This document shows positions 30,561 through 42,487 of a stretch of DNA of 47,927 nt, one piece after another. This DNA comes from Ruminococcus sp. (GTDB taxonomy: Bacteria > Bacillota > Clostridia > Lachnospirales > Lachnospiraceae). Every line of letters begins with the position of its first letter. The stretch's first letter is position 1. Both the position numbers and the translations under genes were made by a program. The stretch is taken from positions 1 to 47,927 of the forward strand of contig JAXJUX010000136.1 in assembly GCA_036308845.1 (NCBI GenBank). Reading direction: 5' to 3'. The notes under the pieces were generated by a model. That model did no database searches and was not told the origin of the DNA. It saw only the letters and a list, made by a program, of their open reading frames with translations.

Positions 30561-31667
30561 ATGAACAAGCTGCGAAAATTATTTCCAATTATTCGCACTA
30601 AAGATGAAGTTTTAAGAGCAATCAACCAGTCTGCCTCTATGGTATCCACTTTCTACAGTTGGACACTCGAACAACAGCAGCAGTTTCTTGACATCTGCAC
30701 CGGCGTCCTGGGTGTAAAGGTTACATACGATCCCTATTTTAAGGAAGTCTTCAATCCGGAGTATACCCCAGAACGGTTGGAACATCTGTTGTCCCAGATT
30801 CTTGGTAAGAAAGTCCGCATCCTCTGCGTGCTTCCCAACGATTCCACCCGTCTGGCAGACGAATCTTCTCTTTTGATCACCGATGTCGTTGTGGAATTTG
30901 AGGACCACAGCATCGCCAACATCGAAATTCAAAAGATAGGATATCATTTCCCCGGACAGCGATGTGCCTGTTACTTCGCTGACCTACTGCTGCGCCAATA
31001 CAGACGCTTACGAAGTGAACAGAAAAAGGATTTCCGTTACAAAGATGTGAAAGACGTATATACGATTATCTTTTTCGAAAAGAGCACAGAAATTTTCCAT
31101 GCATATCCTGACTGCTATCTGCATACCTTTACACAAACATCCAATTCCGGTCTGGAGCTTGAACTTCTCCAGAAATATTACCTGATCCCGCTTGACATTT
31201 TTAAGGAAAGTCTGCACAATAGTGGTATCAGAAATGAATTGGATGCATGGCTTACCTTTCTTACTTCCGATGAACCGGAGATAATCGAATCTCTGTTAGA
31301 TAAATTCCCACAATTCAAAGTCATGTATCAGGAACTTTATGAAATGTGCCTGAATATAGAGAGGATGATGGAAATGTTTTCAAAAGAACTTCTCGAACTG
31401 GATCGCAATACAGTTCGATACATGATTGATATTATGCAGGACGAGATTGATAAGAAGAAAAAGCAGTTGGAGGAAAAGGAAAATCAGTTAGTTCAACAGG
31501 AGAATCAACTGGCTCAAAATGCCACACAGATTTCTCAATTAAAATTGACCAACCAACTAACCACTTTGCTCATTCAAGATAACCGTATCCAAGATCTGCA
31601 GCGTATGGTCGCAGATTCCGAATACCGTGATATACTGATAAAAGAATATAAATTAAATGTGCAATAG
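30561..31667 (+). CDS. Rpn/PD-(D/E)XK nuclease family (putative transposase-annotated) protein
   Basis: YDPYFK, ITDVVV...NIEIQK catalytic motif, LDAWLTFL, coiled-coil tail; AGGAGG RBS. Confidence 0.85.
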   Translation: MNKLRKLFPIIRTKDEVLRAINQSASMVSTFYSWTLEQQQQFLDICTGVLGVKVTYDPYFKEVFNPEYTPERLEHLLSQILGKKVRILCVLPNDSTRLADESSLLITDVVVEFEDHSIANIEIQKIGYHFPGQRCACYFADLLLRQYRRLRSEQKKDFRYKDVKDVYTIIFFEKSTEIFHAYPDCYLHTFTQTSNSGLELELLQKYYLIPLDIFKESLHNSGIRNELDAWLTFLTSDEPEIIESLLDKFPQFKVMYQELYEMCLNIERMMEMFSKELLELDRNTVRYMIDIMQDEIDKKKKQLEEKENQLVQQENQLAQNATQISQLKLTNQLTTLLIQDNRIQDLQRMVADSEYRDILIKEYKLNVQ

Positions 31668-31697
31668 ATAAAGCATAAAAACATATAATCATTTCTT

Positions 31698-31735
31698 AAA
31701 AGAAGACGGACAGAAAATCTGCCCGCCTTCTTTTT
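31698..31735. terminator. Terminator between the Rpn gene and the atp operon
   Basis: AAAAGAAGACGGACAGA...TCTGCCCGCCTTCTTTTT. Confidence 0.65.
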
Positions 31736-31817
31736 CGTTCTTATTTATTAAAATAACGATACAGGAATGTGATTACCTGTACTCTTTAAACTGAAAAGTC
31801 AACTGATATCCAAACTT

Positions 31818-34490
<2,673 letters not shown>

Positions 34491-36245
34491 TTAACTCCAC
34501 CTGCTTTTAAATTCTGCTGCCGCATGTACTATTTGCTCCATAAGATCTTCTGACAAATCTTTGGTCTTTTCGATTTCATTTCCTATCTCTGGATATTTTT
34601 CTTCAAAATACTCCAATATAGCTTTCTGATATTCTTTCACACGCTTCTTTTCAATGGAAAGAAACGCCTTATGCGTCGCCAAAAACAACGTCAGAACCTG
34701 TTCATGCAGACACATTGGATGGCAGAGCGGCTGTTTCAATAATTCCATCAATCCGTTTCCATATGCCAACTGTTCTTTCGTCATATCATCCAAATCCGAA
34801 GCAAACTGTGTAAATACTTCCATTTCTCTAAACTGAGCCAGATCCACTCGAATACTTCCGGCTGCTTTTTTCATTGCTTTCGTCTGAGCAGCACCGCCTA
34901 CTCGTGAAACAGACAGACCCACGTTAACCGCCGGACGCATACCAGAAAAAAACAGATCACTTTCCAGGAAAATCTGTCCATCCGTGATAGAAATTACGTT
35001 GGTAGGGATATAGGCAGATACATCGCCTGCCTGCGTTTCAATGATTGGCAATGCCGTAATCGAACCTCCTCCGTTTTCCATATTTAAACGGCTGGAACGT
35101 TCCAACAATCTGGAGTGAAGATAGAAAACATCTCCCGGATAGGCTTCTCGTCCAGGGGAACGTTCCAACAGTAAAGAAAGGGCACGATAGGCGACTGCAT
35201 GTTTAGACAGATCATCATACACAATCAGTACATCTTTTCCCTTATGCATAAAATATTCTGCCATAGCAGTCCCCGCATATGGCGCAACATATTGTAACGA
35301 TGCAGGATCACTGGCCGTAGAAGATACGACGATGGTGTAATCCATGGCATCGGATTTTTTCAACGTATTTACCACTTTTGCCACCGTCGATGCTTTCTGA
35401 CCAATGGCAACGTAAACACAAATTACATCTTTTCCTTTTTGATTTAAAATCGTATCGATTGCAATAGATGTTTTTCCCGTCTGTCTGTCACCGATGATCA
35501 ATTCTCGCTGACCGCGTCCAATAGGGAACATGGAATCAATCGCCAAAATTCCCGTTTCCAATGGAACTGTAACGGATTTTCTCTCTACGATTCCGGGTGC
35601 TTTCTGCTCCATCGGGCGATAATCTGCTGCCTTAATTTCTCCTAACCCGTCAATTGGTGCACCCAATGCATCAATAACTCTTCCAAGAAATTCTTCACCA
35701 ACCGGAATACCTGCTCTCTTTCCGGTTCTGACTACACGGGTTCCTTCTTTTAATTCGCCTTCTCTGCCAAAAAGGATACATCCAATTTCTTCTCTTCGTA
35801 TATCCTGAACCATACCTTTCAATCCGGTATCAAACAATAAAATTTCTCCATACTCTGCATGGTCCACACCGCTGATATTTGCGATTCCATCCCCAACAAA
35901 GTTTACGTATCCAACCTCGCGGCCCTGCACTCTGGCATCAAAATTATCAATTTCCTCTTTTAAGACATCAATAATTTCTTTTTTATTTTCATGACCCTTT
36001 TTTACAGCCTCTGCCAATTTCTGTTCCAACTGTCGCACTTTTTCTTTCATGCTCCAGTCATACTCATCCTTCCCTACACGAAGTTTAAATCCTCCGCCAA
36101 GTGATGCATCCTGTTTTTCCAGAATTGTGATATCCTGCGAATGGTATTTGTTCTTCAGGAAATTCTGAATCCCCTCCATCTGTTCTTTCGTAGGAGGTGT
36201 CACATAAATCAGTTCTGCTGTATAATTATTGTTCGTCTGCTTCAC
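34491..36245 (-). CDS. atpA: ATP synthase F1 alpha subunit with an N-terminally fused delta (OSCP) C-terminal domain
   Basis: GDRQTGKT and PGREAYPGDVFYLHSRLLER; N-terminal extension has DASLGGGFKLRVGKDEYDWS; GTG start at 36245 (or 36254). Confidence 0.93.
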   Translation of the reverse strand: MKQTNNNYTAELIYVTPPTKEQMEGIQNFLKNKYHSQDITILEKQDASLGGGFKLRVGKDEYDWSMKEKVRQLEQKLAEAVKKGHENKKEIIDVLKEEIDNFDARVQGREVGYVNFVGDGIANISGVDHAEYGEILLFDTGLKGMVQDIRREEIGCILFGREGELKEGTRVVRTGKRAGIPVGEEFLGRVIDALGAPIDGLGEIKAADYRPMEQKAPGIVERKSVTVPLETGILAIDSMFPIGRGQRELIIGDRQTGKTSIAIDTILNQKGKDVICVYVAIGQKASTVAKVVNTLKKSDAMDYTIVVSSTASDPASLQYVAPYAGTAMAEYFMHKGKDVLIVYDDLSKHAVAYRALSLLLERSPGREAYPGDVFYLHSRLLERSSRLNMENGGGSITALPIIETQAGDVSAYIPTNVISITDGQIFLESDLFFSGMRPAVNVGLSVSRVGGAAQTKAMKKAAGSIRVDLAQFREMEVFTQFASDLDDMTKEQLAYGNGLMELLKQPLCHPMCLHEQVLTLFLATHKAFLSIEKKRVKEYQKAILEYFEEKYPEIGNEIEKTKDLSEDLMEQIVHAAAEFKSRWS

Positions 36246-36729
36246 TCTTTTCACCTGCTTTTTTCAGAAATTCCTCATAAATATCATAATTTTGTTTCTC
36301 GCCACATGTCTGTGATACGATTTTTGATGCTGCAGCAATAGCCAACTGTGCAATCTGATCACCAGCTTCCTTCACAGCTCTTTCTCTTTCCCACTGGCCT
36401 GCTTTTTTCGCATCATCCAATATCTGTCTTGATTTTTCGTCTGCAGTCGCCAGAATCAAATCATACTCGATTCCTGCCTGCATTTTGGCTTCTTTTATCA
36501 TGCGGTCTGATTCTTCTTTTGCATCCGCCAAAGATGCTTCATACTGTTTTTTCAGCGCATCCGCTTCTTTTTGAGAATTTTGTGCCTGCGCAAACTGTTG
36601 ATTCAGCAATTCCTGTCTCTTTTGAATCACTCCCAAAACCGGCTGATACAAAAACTTTTTCATCAAGACCAGCAAAACCAGTAAATTTATGACTATAAAC
36701 AGCAGATTCCAAGGACTAAAATTCAGCAC
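36226..36729 (-). CDS. atpF: ATP synthase F0 b subunit
   Basis: N-terminal TM, KKFLYQPV...KRQ, long charged helix. Confidence 0.92.
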   Translation of the reverse strand: MLNFSPWNLLFIVINLLVLLVLMKKFLYQPVLGVIQKRQELLNQQFAQAQNSQKEADALKKQYEASLADAKEESDRMIKEAKMQAGIEYDLILATADEKSRQILDDAKKAGQWERERAVKEAGDQIAQLAIAAASKIVSQTCGEKQNYDIYEEFLKKAGEKSEADEQ

Positions 36730-36782
36730 TGTCTTCTACCTGCCTTTCTAATTTATTTGTATGACCTTTTGACCCTTGTGTA

Positions 36783-37007
36783 TCATTTTAAGAAAATAAT
36801 AATCAAAAGCGCGATAACAAAGCCGTAAATAGCGGTTGCTTCTGCCAGTGCACACCCCAGCATCAAAACTTTTGTAATCTTGGATTCTGCTTCTGGCTGT
36901 CTGGCGATAGCTTCCGCCGCCTTTGAAGTTGCCAGACCGATACCAATCCCTGCTCCTATACCTGTTAAAACTGCGATTCCTGCTCCAATTGCTAATAAAG
37001 TTGACAT
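36783..37007 (-). CDS. atpE: ATP synthase F0 c subunit
   Basis: GAGIGIG, ARQPE loop, ALAEATAIYG; RBS spacing favours ATG 37007 over 37016. Confidence 0.95.
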   Translation of the reverse strand: MSTLLAIGAGIAVLTGIGAGIGIGLATSKAAEAIARQPEAESKITKVLMLGCALAEATAIYGFVIALLIIIFLK

Positions 37008-37044
37008 ATGATTCATCCTTTCTACGCTTTCCCGGCGTTTTCGT

Positions 37045-37707
37045 TTATTCGATTGCCTCTTTGATAAAAAGAGAGGTTAAAAATACAAATACATAGGCCT
37101 GTATCAGCCCATCAAAAATATCAAAATACAAACTGAATGGAACTGGCAAGATCACAGGAACCACCTGCTTGATCAGCTCCATAATAACAAATGCACCAAG
37201 TACATTACCAAAGAGTCGCATACACAAAGACAATGGTTTGATGACGATTTCCAATATATTAAAAGGCGTCATAATTGCAACCGGCTGTGCAAAACTTTTA
37301 ATCCATCCTTTGGTACCTCTTGCAATAATTCCAGCCGCTTCGATGAGCACAATACTCATCACAGCCAATGCAATCGTTACATTCAAATCTTTGGTTGGCG
37401 GCTTAAATCCGAACAATCCAATGATATTTGCAAATCCTATGTAAATCAAAACGGTCATCAAATAGGGAACGTATCTCTGTCCATGTTCTCCGACCATATC
37501 ACTGACCATGTCATGCAGGCTGCTCACAGCCATTTCCAACAGCATCTGACCTTTTCCAGGATTTGTAACTTTCAGATTTCGCGTTGCTAAAACAGAAATC
37601 AAAACCAGTACCGCCATGATGATCCAGGTAACAACAACGGACTCACTCACGCCTATTCCGCCAAATATGGGAATGGTAAATACGGTTTCACAGTTCAATT
37701 CCTCCAT
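37045..37707 (-). CDS. atpB: ATP synthase F0 a subunit (true start may be ACG at 37731)
   Basis: PPTKDLN, SLCMRLFGN (essential Arg), IQAYVFVFLT. Confidence 0.93.
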   Translation of the reverse strand: MEELNCETVFTIPIFGGIGVSESVVVTWIIMAVLVLISVLATRNLKVTNPGKGQMLLEMAVSSLHDMVSDMVGEHGQRYVPYLMTVLIYIGFANIIGLFGFKPPTKDLNVTIALAVMSIVLIEAAGIIARGTKGWIKSFAQPVAIMTPFNILEIVIKPLSLCMRLFGNVLGAFVIMELIKQVVPVILPVPFSLYFDIFDGLIQAYVFVFLTSLFIKEAIE

Positions 37708-37914
37708 AAGAGCTCTTGTTAATTTTTCCGTAAAATCACATCCTCTCTTGCTTTTTCAGATTGCAGTCATTATACTTGGTCTCAAAGCATTTGTATAATA
37801 AATAGTTTTTAGTTATAATATTGATATTTTCTATGGATTGTGTACTTTTTCGAAAAATTCTTATTTAAAATAAAAATTTCATGACATTTACCCAAAAGAA
37901 AGGCGGTAGTTTCC

Positions 37915-38802
37915 ATGTCCATCAGTTATGATTCTTATAAAATCTTTTATTATGTGGCTCATTATCAGAATATTACCCTGGCAGCTAAGGCATTGTACTT
38001 AACACAACCCACCGTAAGTCATTACATACTCAATCTGGAAAAAGATTTAAACTGCAAATTATTTATCCGTTCAAAAAAAGGTATGCAGTTATCCCCGGAA
38101 GGAGAATTACTTTTTCAACATATTTCAAAAGCATATAGGGAAATTTCAGAAGGGGAGGAAAAGTTAAAAGAATATATCAGTATGGGAAAAGGAATCATCA
38201 AAATTGGTGCATCGGAAACCTCTCTGCGAAATTACCTGATACCCGTGTTGGGAAAGTTCAAAGCGAAATATCCTAACATACAATTTTCCATTAAAAACAT
38301 CACCTACCAAGATACCCATGAATTGTTAAGAAACGGGACTCTGGATCTTGCCATCATGACAACTCCATTTCCTCATACCAGCCTGCTTCAGCACCATTTA
38401 GCAGATTTCTCTATGGTTGCCATCGCAGGAACTTCTTTCGCCCACCTGGCAAACCGTTCTTTGGAATTTTCAGAGATTACAAACTATCCGCTCATTTCTC
38501 TGGAACCGCAAACATCCGGACGGTATTATTTGGACACGATTTTTGCATCTCATGGGGTTCATTTGCAGCCGGATATCGAATTGTCCTCCGCAGATCTGAT
38601 TGCTCCTATGGCAGCGCAAAATATGGGAATAGGATTTGTGCCACGCCTTTTTTCACAATATTATTTAAAAACAGGCAGCGTTGTGGAATTAACCTTTGAG
38701 GATCCCTTTCCAGATCGTTCAATCTGTATGCTGTCGGATCCTCATCGACCACATTCTGTGGCGTGTCAAAAATTCATGGAAATGATAGGAATAAAAGAAT
38801 AA
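37915..38802 (+). CDS. LysR-family regulator, divergent from the atp operon
   Basis: NITLAAKALYLTQPTVSHYILNLEKDLNCKLFIR HTH; substrate-binding domain. Confidence 0.93.
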   Translation: MSISYDSYKIFYYVAHYQNITLAAKALYLTQPTVSHYILNLEKDLNCKLFIRSKKGMQLSPEGELLFQHISKAYREISEGEEKLKEYISMGKGIIKIGASETSLRNYLIPVLGKFKAKYPNIQFSIKNITYQDTHELLRNGTLDLAIMTTPFPHTSLLQHHLADFSMVAIAGTSFAHLANRSLEFSEITNYPLISLEPQTSGRYYLDTIFASHGVHLQPDIELSSADLIAPMAAQNMGIGFVPRLFSQYYLKTGSVVELTFEDPFPDRSICMLSDPHRPHSVACQKFMEMIGIKE

Positions 38803-38856
38803 AAAACAGACATACCAACTGGCATGCCTGTTTTTTATAGCGTATCGATCAAATAC

Positions 38857-40875
38857 TTATTTTTCTACCTTTTCTGTTACTTTCTCTTTACGAATACGAC
38901 CTTCTTTCAGTACGACTGCTGTACGTGCTGGAAGATAAAGTTCTACATAATATTTTCCATCAAATTTTTTCGCTTTGTATGTCATATGTTCTATAAGGTT
39001 CTGTCCGCCATACTGTTCGTCATCACTGCAAAGTCTTACTTCATAATCTGCATTGTTTGGTACTGGAACCAAAATATTTGTATAAGACTGTGTTGCATTA
39101 AAGTTAAATGCGAACAGGAGACCTTTTCTGTAGAATGCAATTACTTTTTCTGGTTCTTTCAACAGTAACAGATCAGCCATACGCTGGTCGAACATGTTAT
39201 TACGTTTTGCCAAACGAACCATATCGCGGTCAAATTCGCCTAACCACTGATATTTCAGTAAGCCGTTATCCTGCAGGCTCCACTGACGACGGCAATAATG
39301 GAAGCTCCATCCGTTACCTTCACGTGGAAAATCAATCCATTCTGGATGTCCAAATTCATTACCCATGAAGTTCAGGTATGCTTCTCCGCCACCACCGAGT
39401 GTGAACAGACGAATCATTTTGTGCAGGGCGATTGCACGGTCAATTACAAGATTGTGACAGGATTTTTCCATATCTGTGTACATATTTGCATCTGCCAGAC
39501 GGAAAATCATTGTTTTGTCACCTACCAGAGCCTGGTCATGGCTTTCTACGTATGCAACTGTATTTTCTCCTGGACGACGCAGGCACATGTCTCCCCACAT
39601 CTTTCCGATTTCCCACTGTTCGTCAGATTTTTCTTTTACAGTACGAATCCACATATCTGGAAGTCCCATAGCCAGACGGTAATCAAAACCAATACCACCA
39701 TCTTCGATTGGCAGACACATACCAGGCATACCGGACATATCTTCTGCGATTGTAATTGCTTCAGGTTTTACCTGACGAATTACTTCGTTAGCAAGCTGTA
39801 AATATGTAATAGCTTCTACATCTGTGTTGTATGAGAAGTATTTGCTGTCGTTGTCAAAGCTTGTACCAAGACCATGATCATGATAAAGCATGGATGTAAC
39901 ACCATCAAAACGGAAACCGTCAAAGTGATATTCTGTCATCCAGAATTTCAGGTTGGAAAGCAGGAAGTGAATAACTTCGTCTTTTCCGTAGTTGAAACAT
40001 TTTGTTCCCCAAGCTGGATGATCACCTTTTGGACCATCATGGAACCACTGCCATGTTGTTCCATCGAACATGTTGATACCTTCTGCTGTATTTCCTACTG
40101 CATGAGAATGTACAACATCTAACAATACACGGATTCCCAATTTGTGTGCTTTATTTACCAGATATTTCAGATCTTCTGGTTTTCCAAACCAACTGGAAGC
40201 TGCATAGAAGTTGGATACCTGATATCCAAAACTTCCGTAATATGGATGTTCCATAATAGCCATCAACTGAACTGCATTGTATCCTGCTTTTTTGATCTTT
40301 GGCAGAACGTTCTGTGCAAATTCACGATAGCTACCAACTTTTCCTTCTTCCTGTGCCATACCTACATGAGCTTCGTAAATATACAGGGAGTTTGCTGGTT
40401 TAAAATCACCGTCTGTCCAGTCAAATGTTTTCCAGTCATCTACAACTTCTGCACACCATGTAATTGTCTGTGGATCCTGAACTACACGGCGAGCATATAC
40501 TGGAATATGTTCTGTTCTTGTCAGATTTGCATCTACGACTGTTTTTACTTTACAACCATCCCATAAAGCATCTTCACCTTCCAGTTTTAATTCCCAGATA
40601 CCATTTTCCAGTTTTGTCAATGGATACTGTGTTTTATCCCAATTATTGAAATCACCCATCAGGTAGAGCTGATATGCGCTTGGTGCCCATTCACGGTAAA
40701 CCCAGCCGCCGTCTACATGATGAATACCGAAATATTCATGTGCATTAGCAAATTCGTTTAATGTTCTGCCATCTGACAACAAACGATTTTTTGTTTCGTT
40801 GTAACGGGACATACGCAAATCAATGTCACCTGCAAATGGCTGCAACTGTGGATTCAGTTCCAATACTCGATACAT
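38857..40875 (-). CDS. glgB: 1,4-alpha-glucan branching enzyme (eukaryote-like GH13 type)
   Basis: YREWAP, IYEAHVGM, FDGFRFDGVTSMLY, AEDMSG, ESHDQALVGDKT and LNFMGNEFGHPEWIDFPR motifs. Confidence 0.93.
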   Translation of the reverse strand: MYRVLELNPQLQPFAGDIDLRMSRYNETKNRLLSDGRTLNEFANAHEYFGIHHVDGGWVYREWAPSAYQLYLMGDFNNWDKTQYPLTKLENGIWELKLEGEDALWDGCKVKTVVDANLTRTEHIPVYARRVVQDPQTITWCAEVVDDWKTFDWTDGDFKPANSLYIYEAHVGMAQEEGKVGSYREFAQNVLPKIKKAGYNAVQLMAIMEHPYYGSFGYQVSNFYAASSWFGKPEDLKYLVNKAHKLGIRVLLDVVHSHAVGNTAEGINMFDGTTWQWFHDGPKGDHPAWGTKCFNYGKDEVIHFLLSNLKFWMTEYHFDGFRFDGVTSMLYHDHGLGTSFDNDSKYFSYNTDVEAITYLQLANEVIRQVKPEAITIAEDMSGMPGMCLPIEDGGIGFDYRLAMGLPDMWIRTVKEKSDEQWEIGKMWGDMCLRRPGENTVAYVESHDQALVGDKTMIFRLADANMYTDMEKSCHNLVIDRAIALHKMIRLFTLGGGGEAYLNFMGNEFGHPEWIDFPREGNGWSFHYCRRQWSLQDNGLLKYQWLGEFDRDMVRLAKRNNMFDQRMADLLLLKEPEKVIAFYRKGLLFAFNFNATQSYTNILVPVPNNADYEVRLCSDDEQYGGQNLIEHMTYKAKKFDGKYYVELYLPARTAVVLKEGRIRKEKVTEKVEK

Positions 40876-41096
40876 TTGTTTCACCTCTAAAACGGATTTC
40901 TAACTCCGCTTCCTTTCTTCAAAATATAGGCCAATCCTCTTTGGATTTCTCAGTTGTATTTATTGTAACATCATCTGAGGTAAACATCAAGTCACAGAAA
41001 TATCACGAACTTGTACAGAAGTATCATTTACATATAAAATAGATAATAGAAAAGACCATTTGCATATCTATACATTCCCTGCAAACGGTCTTTTTC

Positions 41097-42467
41097 TTAA
41101 TGTAAAAACATTTTAATCATCTTCAAATACAGTTCTTTATAAGGCTGATAACGCATCGGCATATCCAGCCAGCAGTATTTTTTCAAAACAGATTTTTCAT
41201 GGCTGAAAGTATCAAAACTCTTCTTTCCATGATAAGATCCCATACCACTGTTTCCAACACCGCCAAATCCCATTTCCGCCGTAGCCAGATGCACGATAGT
41301 ATCATTCACACATCCACCGCCAAATGGTACGTATTTTAAGAAGCGTTCTTCCACTTCTTTTTTCTGTGTAAAAATGTACAGTGCCAATGGTTTTTCACGA
41401 CTGATTACAAATTTTTCTGCTTCCTCAATATTTTTATACGTCAGAATCGGCATCACTGGTCCAAAAATTTCTTCCTGCATAACCGCATCTTCCGGTGTCA
41501 CGTTATCCAGAATCGTTGGTTCAATCTGTAAAGTTTCCGGATTGGATTTTCCACCATAAACCAGTTTTTTCTGATCGATCAGTCCCAAAATACGGTCAAA
41601 GTGTTTTTTATTGATAATTTTTCCGTAATCCGGATTTTCCAAAGGTTTCTCACCATACATTTTCTGAATCTGAAATTTGACCTGTTCTACGAACTGGTCT
41701 TTGATTTTTTCATCTACCAACACATAGTCCGGTGCAACGCAAGTCTGCCCGCAGTTTAAGTATTTTCCAAATACCAAACGGGTGGCGGCCAGTTTCAGAT
41801 TACAGCTGTCGTCGATAATACATGGGCTTTTTCCACCAAGTTCCAAAGTAACAGGTGTCAGATTTGCAGCTGCCTTTTCCATGACCAGCTTTCCAACAGA
41901 AACACCGCCGGTAAAGAAAATATAATCAAAGCGTGTATTCAAAAGCTCTGTATTTTCTGCACGGCCGCCTTCTACTACAGCCACATATTCCGGTGGAAAT
42001 ACTTCTTCAATAATAAATTTGATAACTGCAGATGTTGCCGGTGAATAAGCGGATGGTTTTACAACGCAACAGTTTCCTGCCGCAATTGCACCAATCATCG
42101 GTTCCATGCTCAGCATAAATGGATAGTTCCATGGTGCCATGACAAGAACACATCCATATGGCTCCTGCACGGTAAAACTCTTTGCATGGAAATTTACCAG
42201 TCCGGTAGGAACGGTTCTATTTTTACTCCATTTTTTTATATGTTTCATCTGATAAGAAAGTTCACTCAAGGTCATTCCAATTTCGCACATATAACTTTCT
42301 GTTTCAGATTTTCCCAAATCTTTTTTCAATGCATCATTGATATCATTTTCATGATTTTTAATTGCCTGATACAGTTTTTTCATCATTTCAATTCGATAAT
42401 TTACATCGAATGTCTGATGTGTCGCAAAATATTTGCGCTGTGCGGCAACAAGTTTTTGAATATCCAT
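41097..42467 (-). CDS. Aldehyde dehydrogenase (ALDH3/fatty-aldehyde-like)
   Basis: PWNYP, FTGG, LELGGKSP, GQTCVAPDY, EEIFGP and FGGVGNSGMGSYHG motifs. Confidence 0.93.
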   Translation of the reverse strand: MDIQKLVAAQRKYFATHQTFDVNYRIEMMKKLYQAIKNHENDINDALKKDLGKSETESYMCEIGMTLSELSYQMKHIKKWSKNRTVPTGLVNFHAKSFTVQEPYGCVLVMAPWNYPFMLSMEPMIGAIAAGNCCVVKPSAYSPATSAVIKFIIEEVFPPEYVAVVEGGRAENTELLNTRFDYIFFTGGVSVGKLVMEKAAANLTPVTLELGGKSPCIIDDSCNLKLAATRLVFGKYLNCGQTCVAPDYVLVDEKIKDQFVEQVKFQIQKMYGEKPLENPDYGKIINKKHFDRILGLIDQKKLVYGGKSNPETLQIEPTILDNVTPEDAVMQEEIFGPVMPILTYKNIEEAEKFVISREKPLALYIFTQKKEVEERFLKYVPFGGGCVNDTIVHLATAEMGFGGVGNSGMGSYHGKKSFDTFSHEKSVLKKYCWLDMPMRYQPYKELYLKMIKMFLH

Positions 42468-42487
42468 GAAGATTCACTGCCTTTCTT

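Noticed and set aside
30561..31667. Calling the Rpn gene an IS element
   Set aside because: No terminal inverted repeats or target duplication seen, and the family's transposase label is unproven
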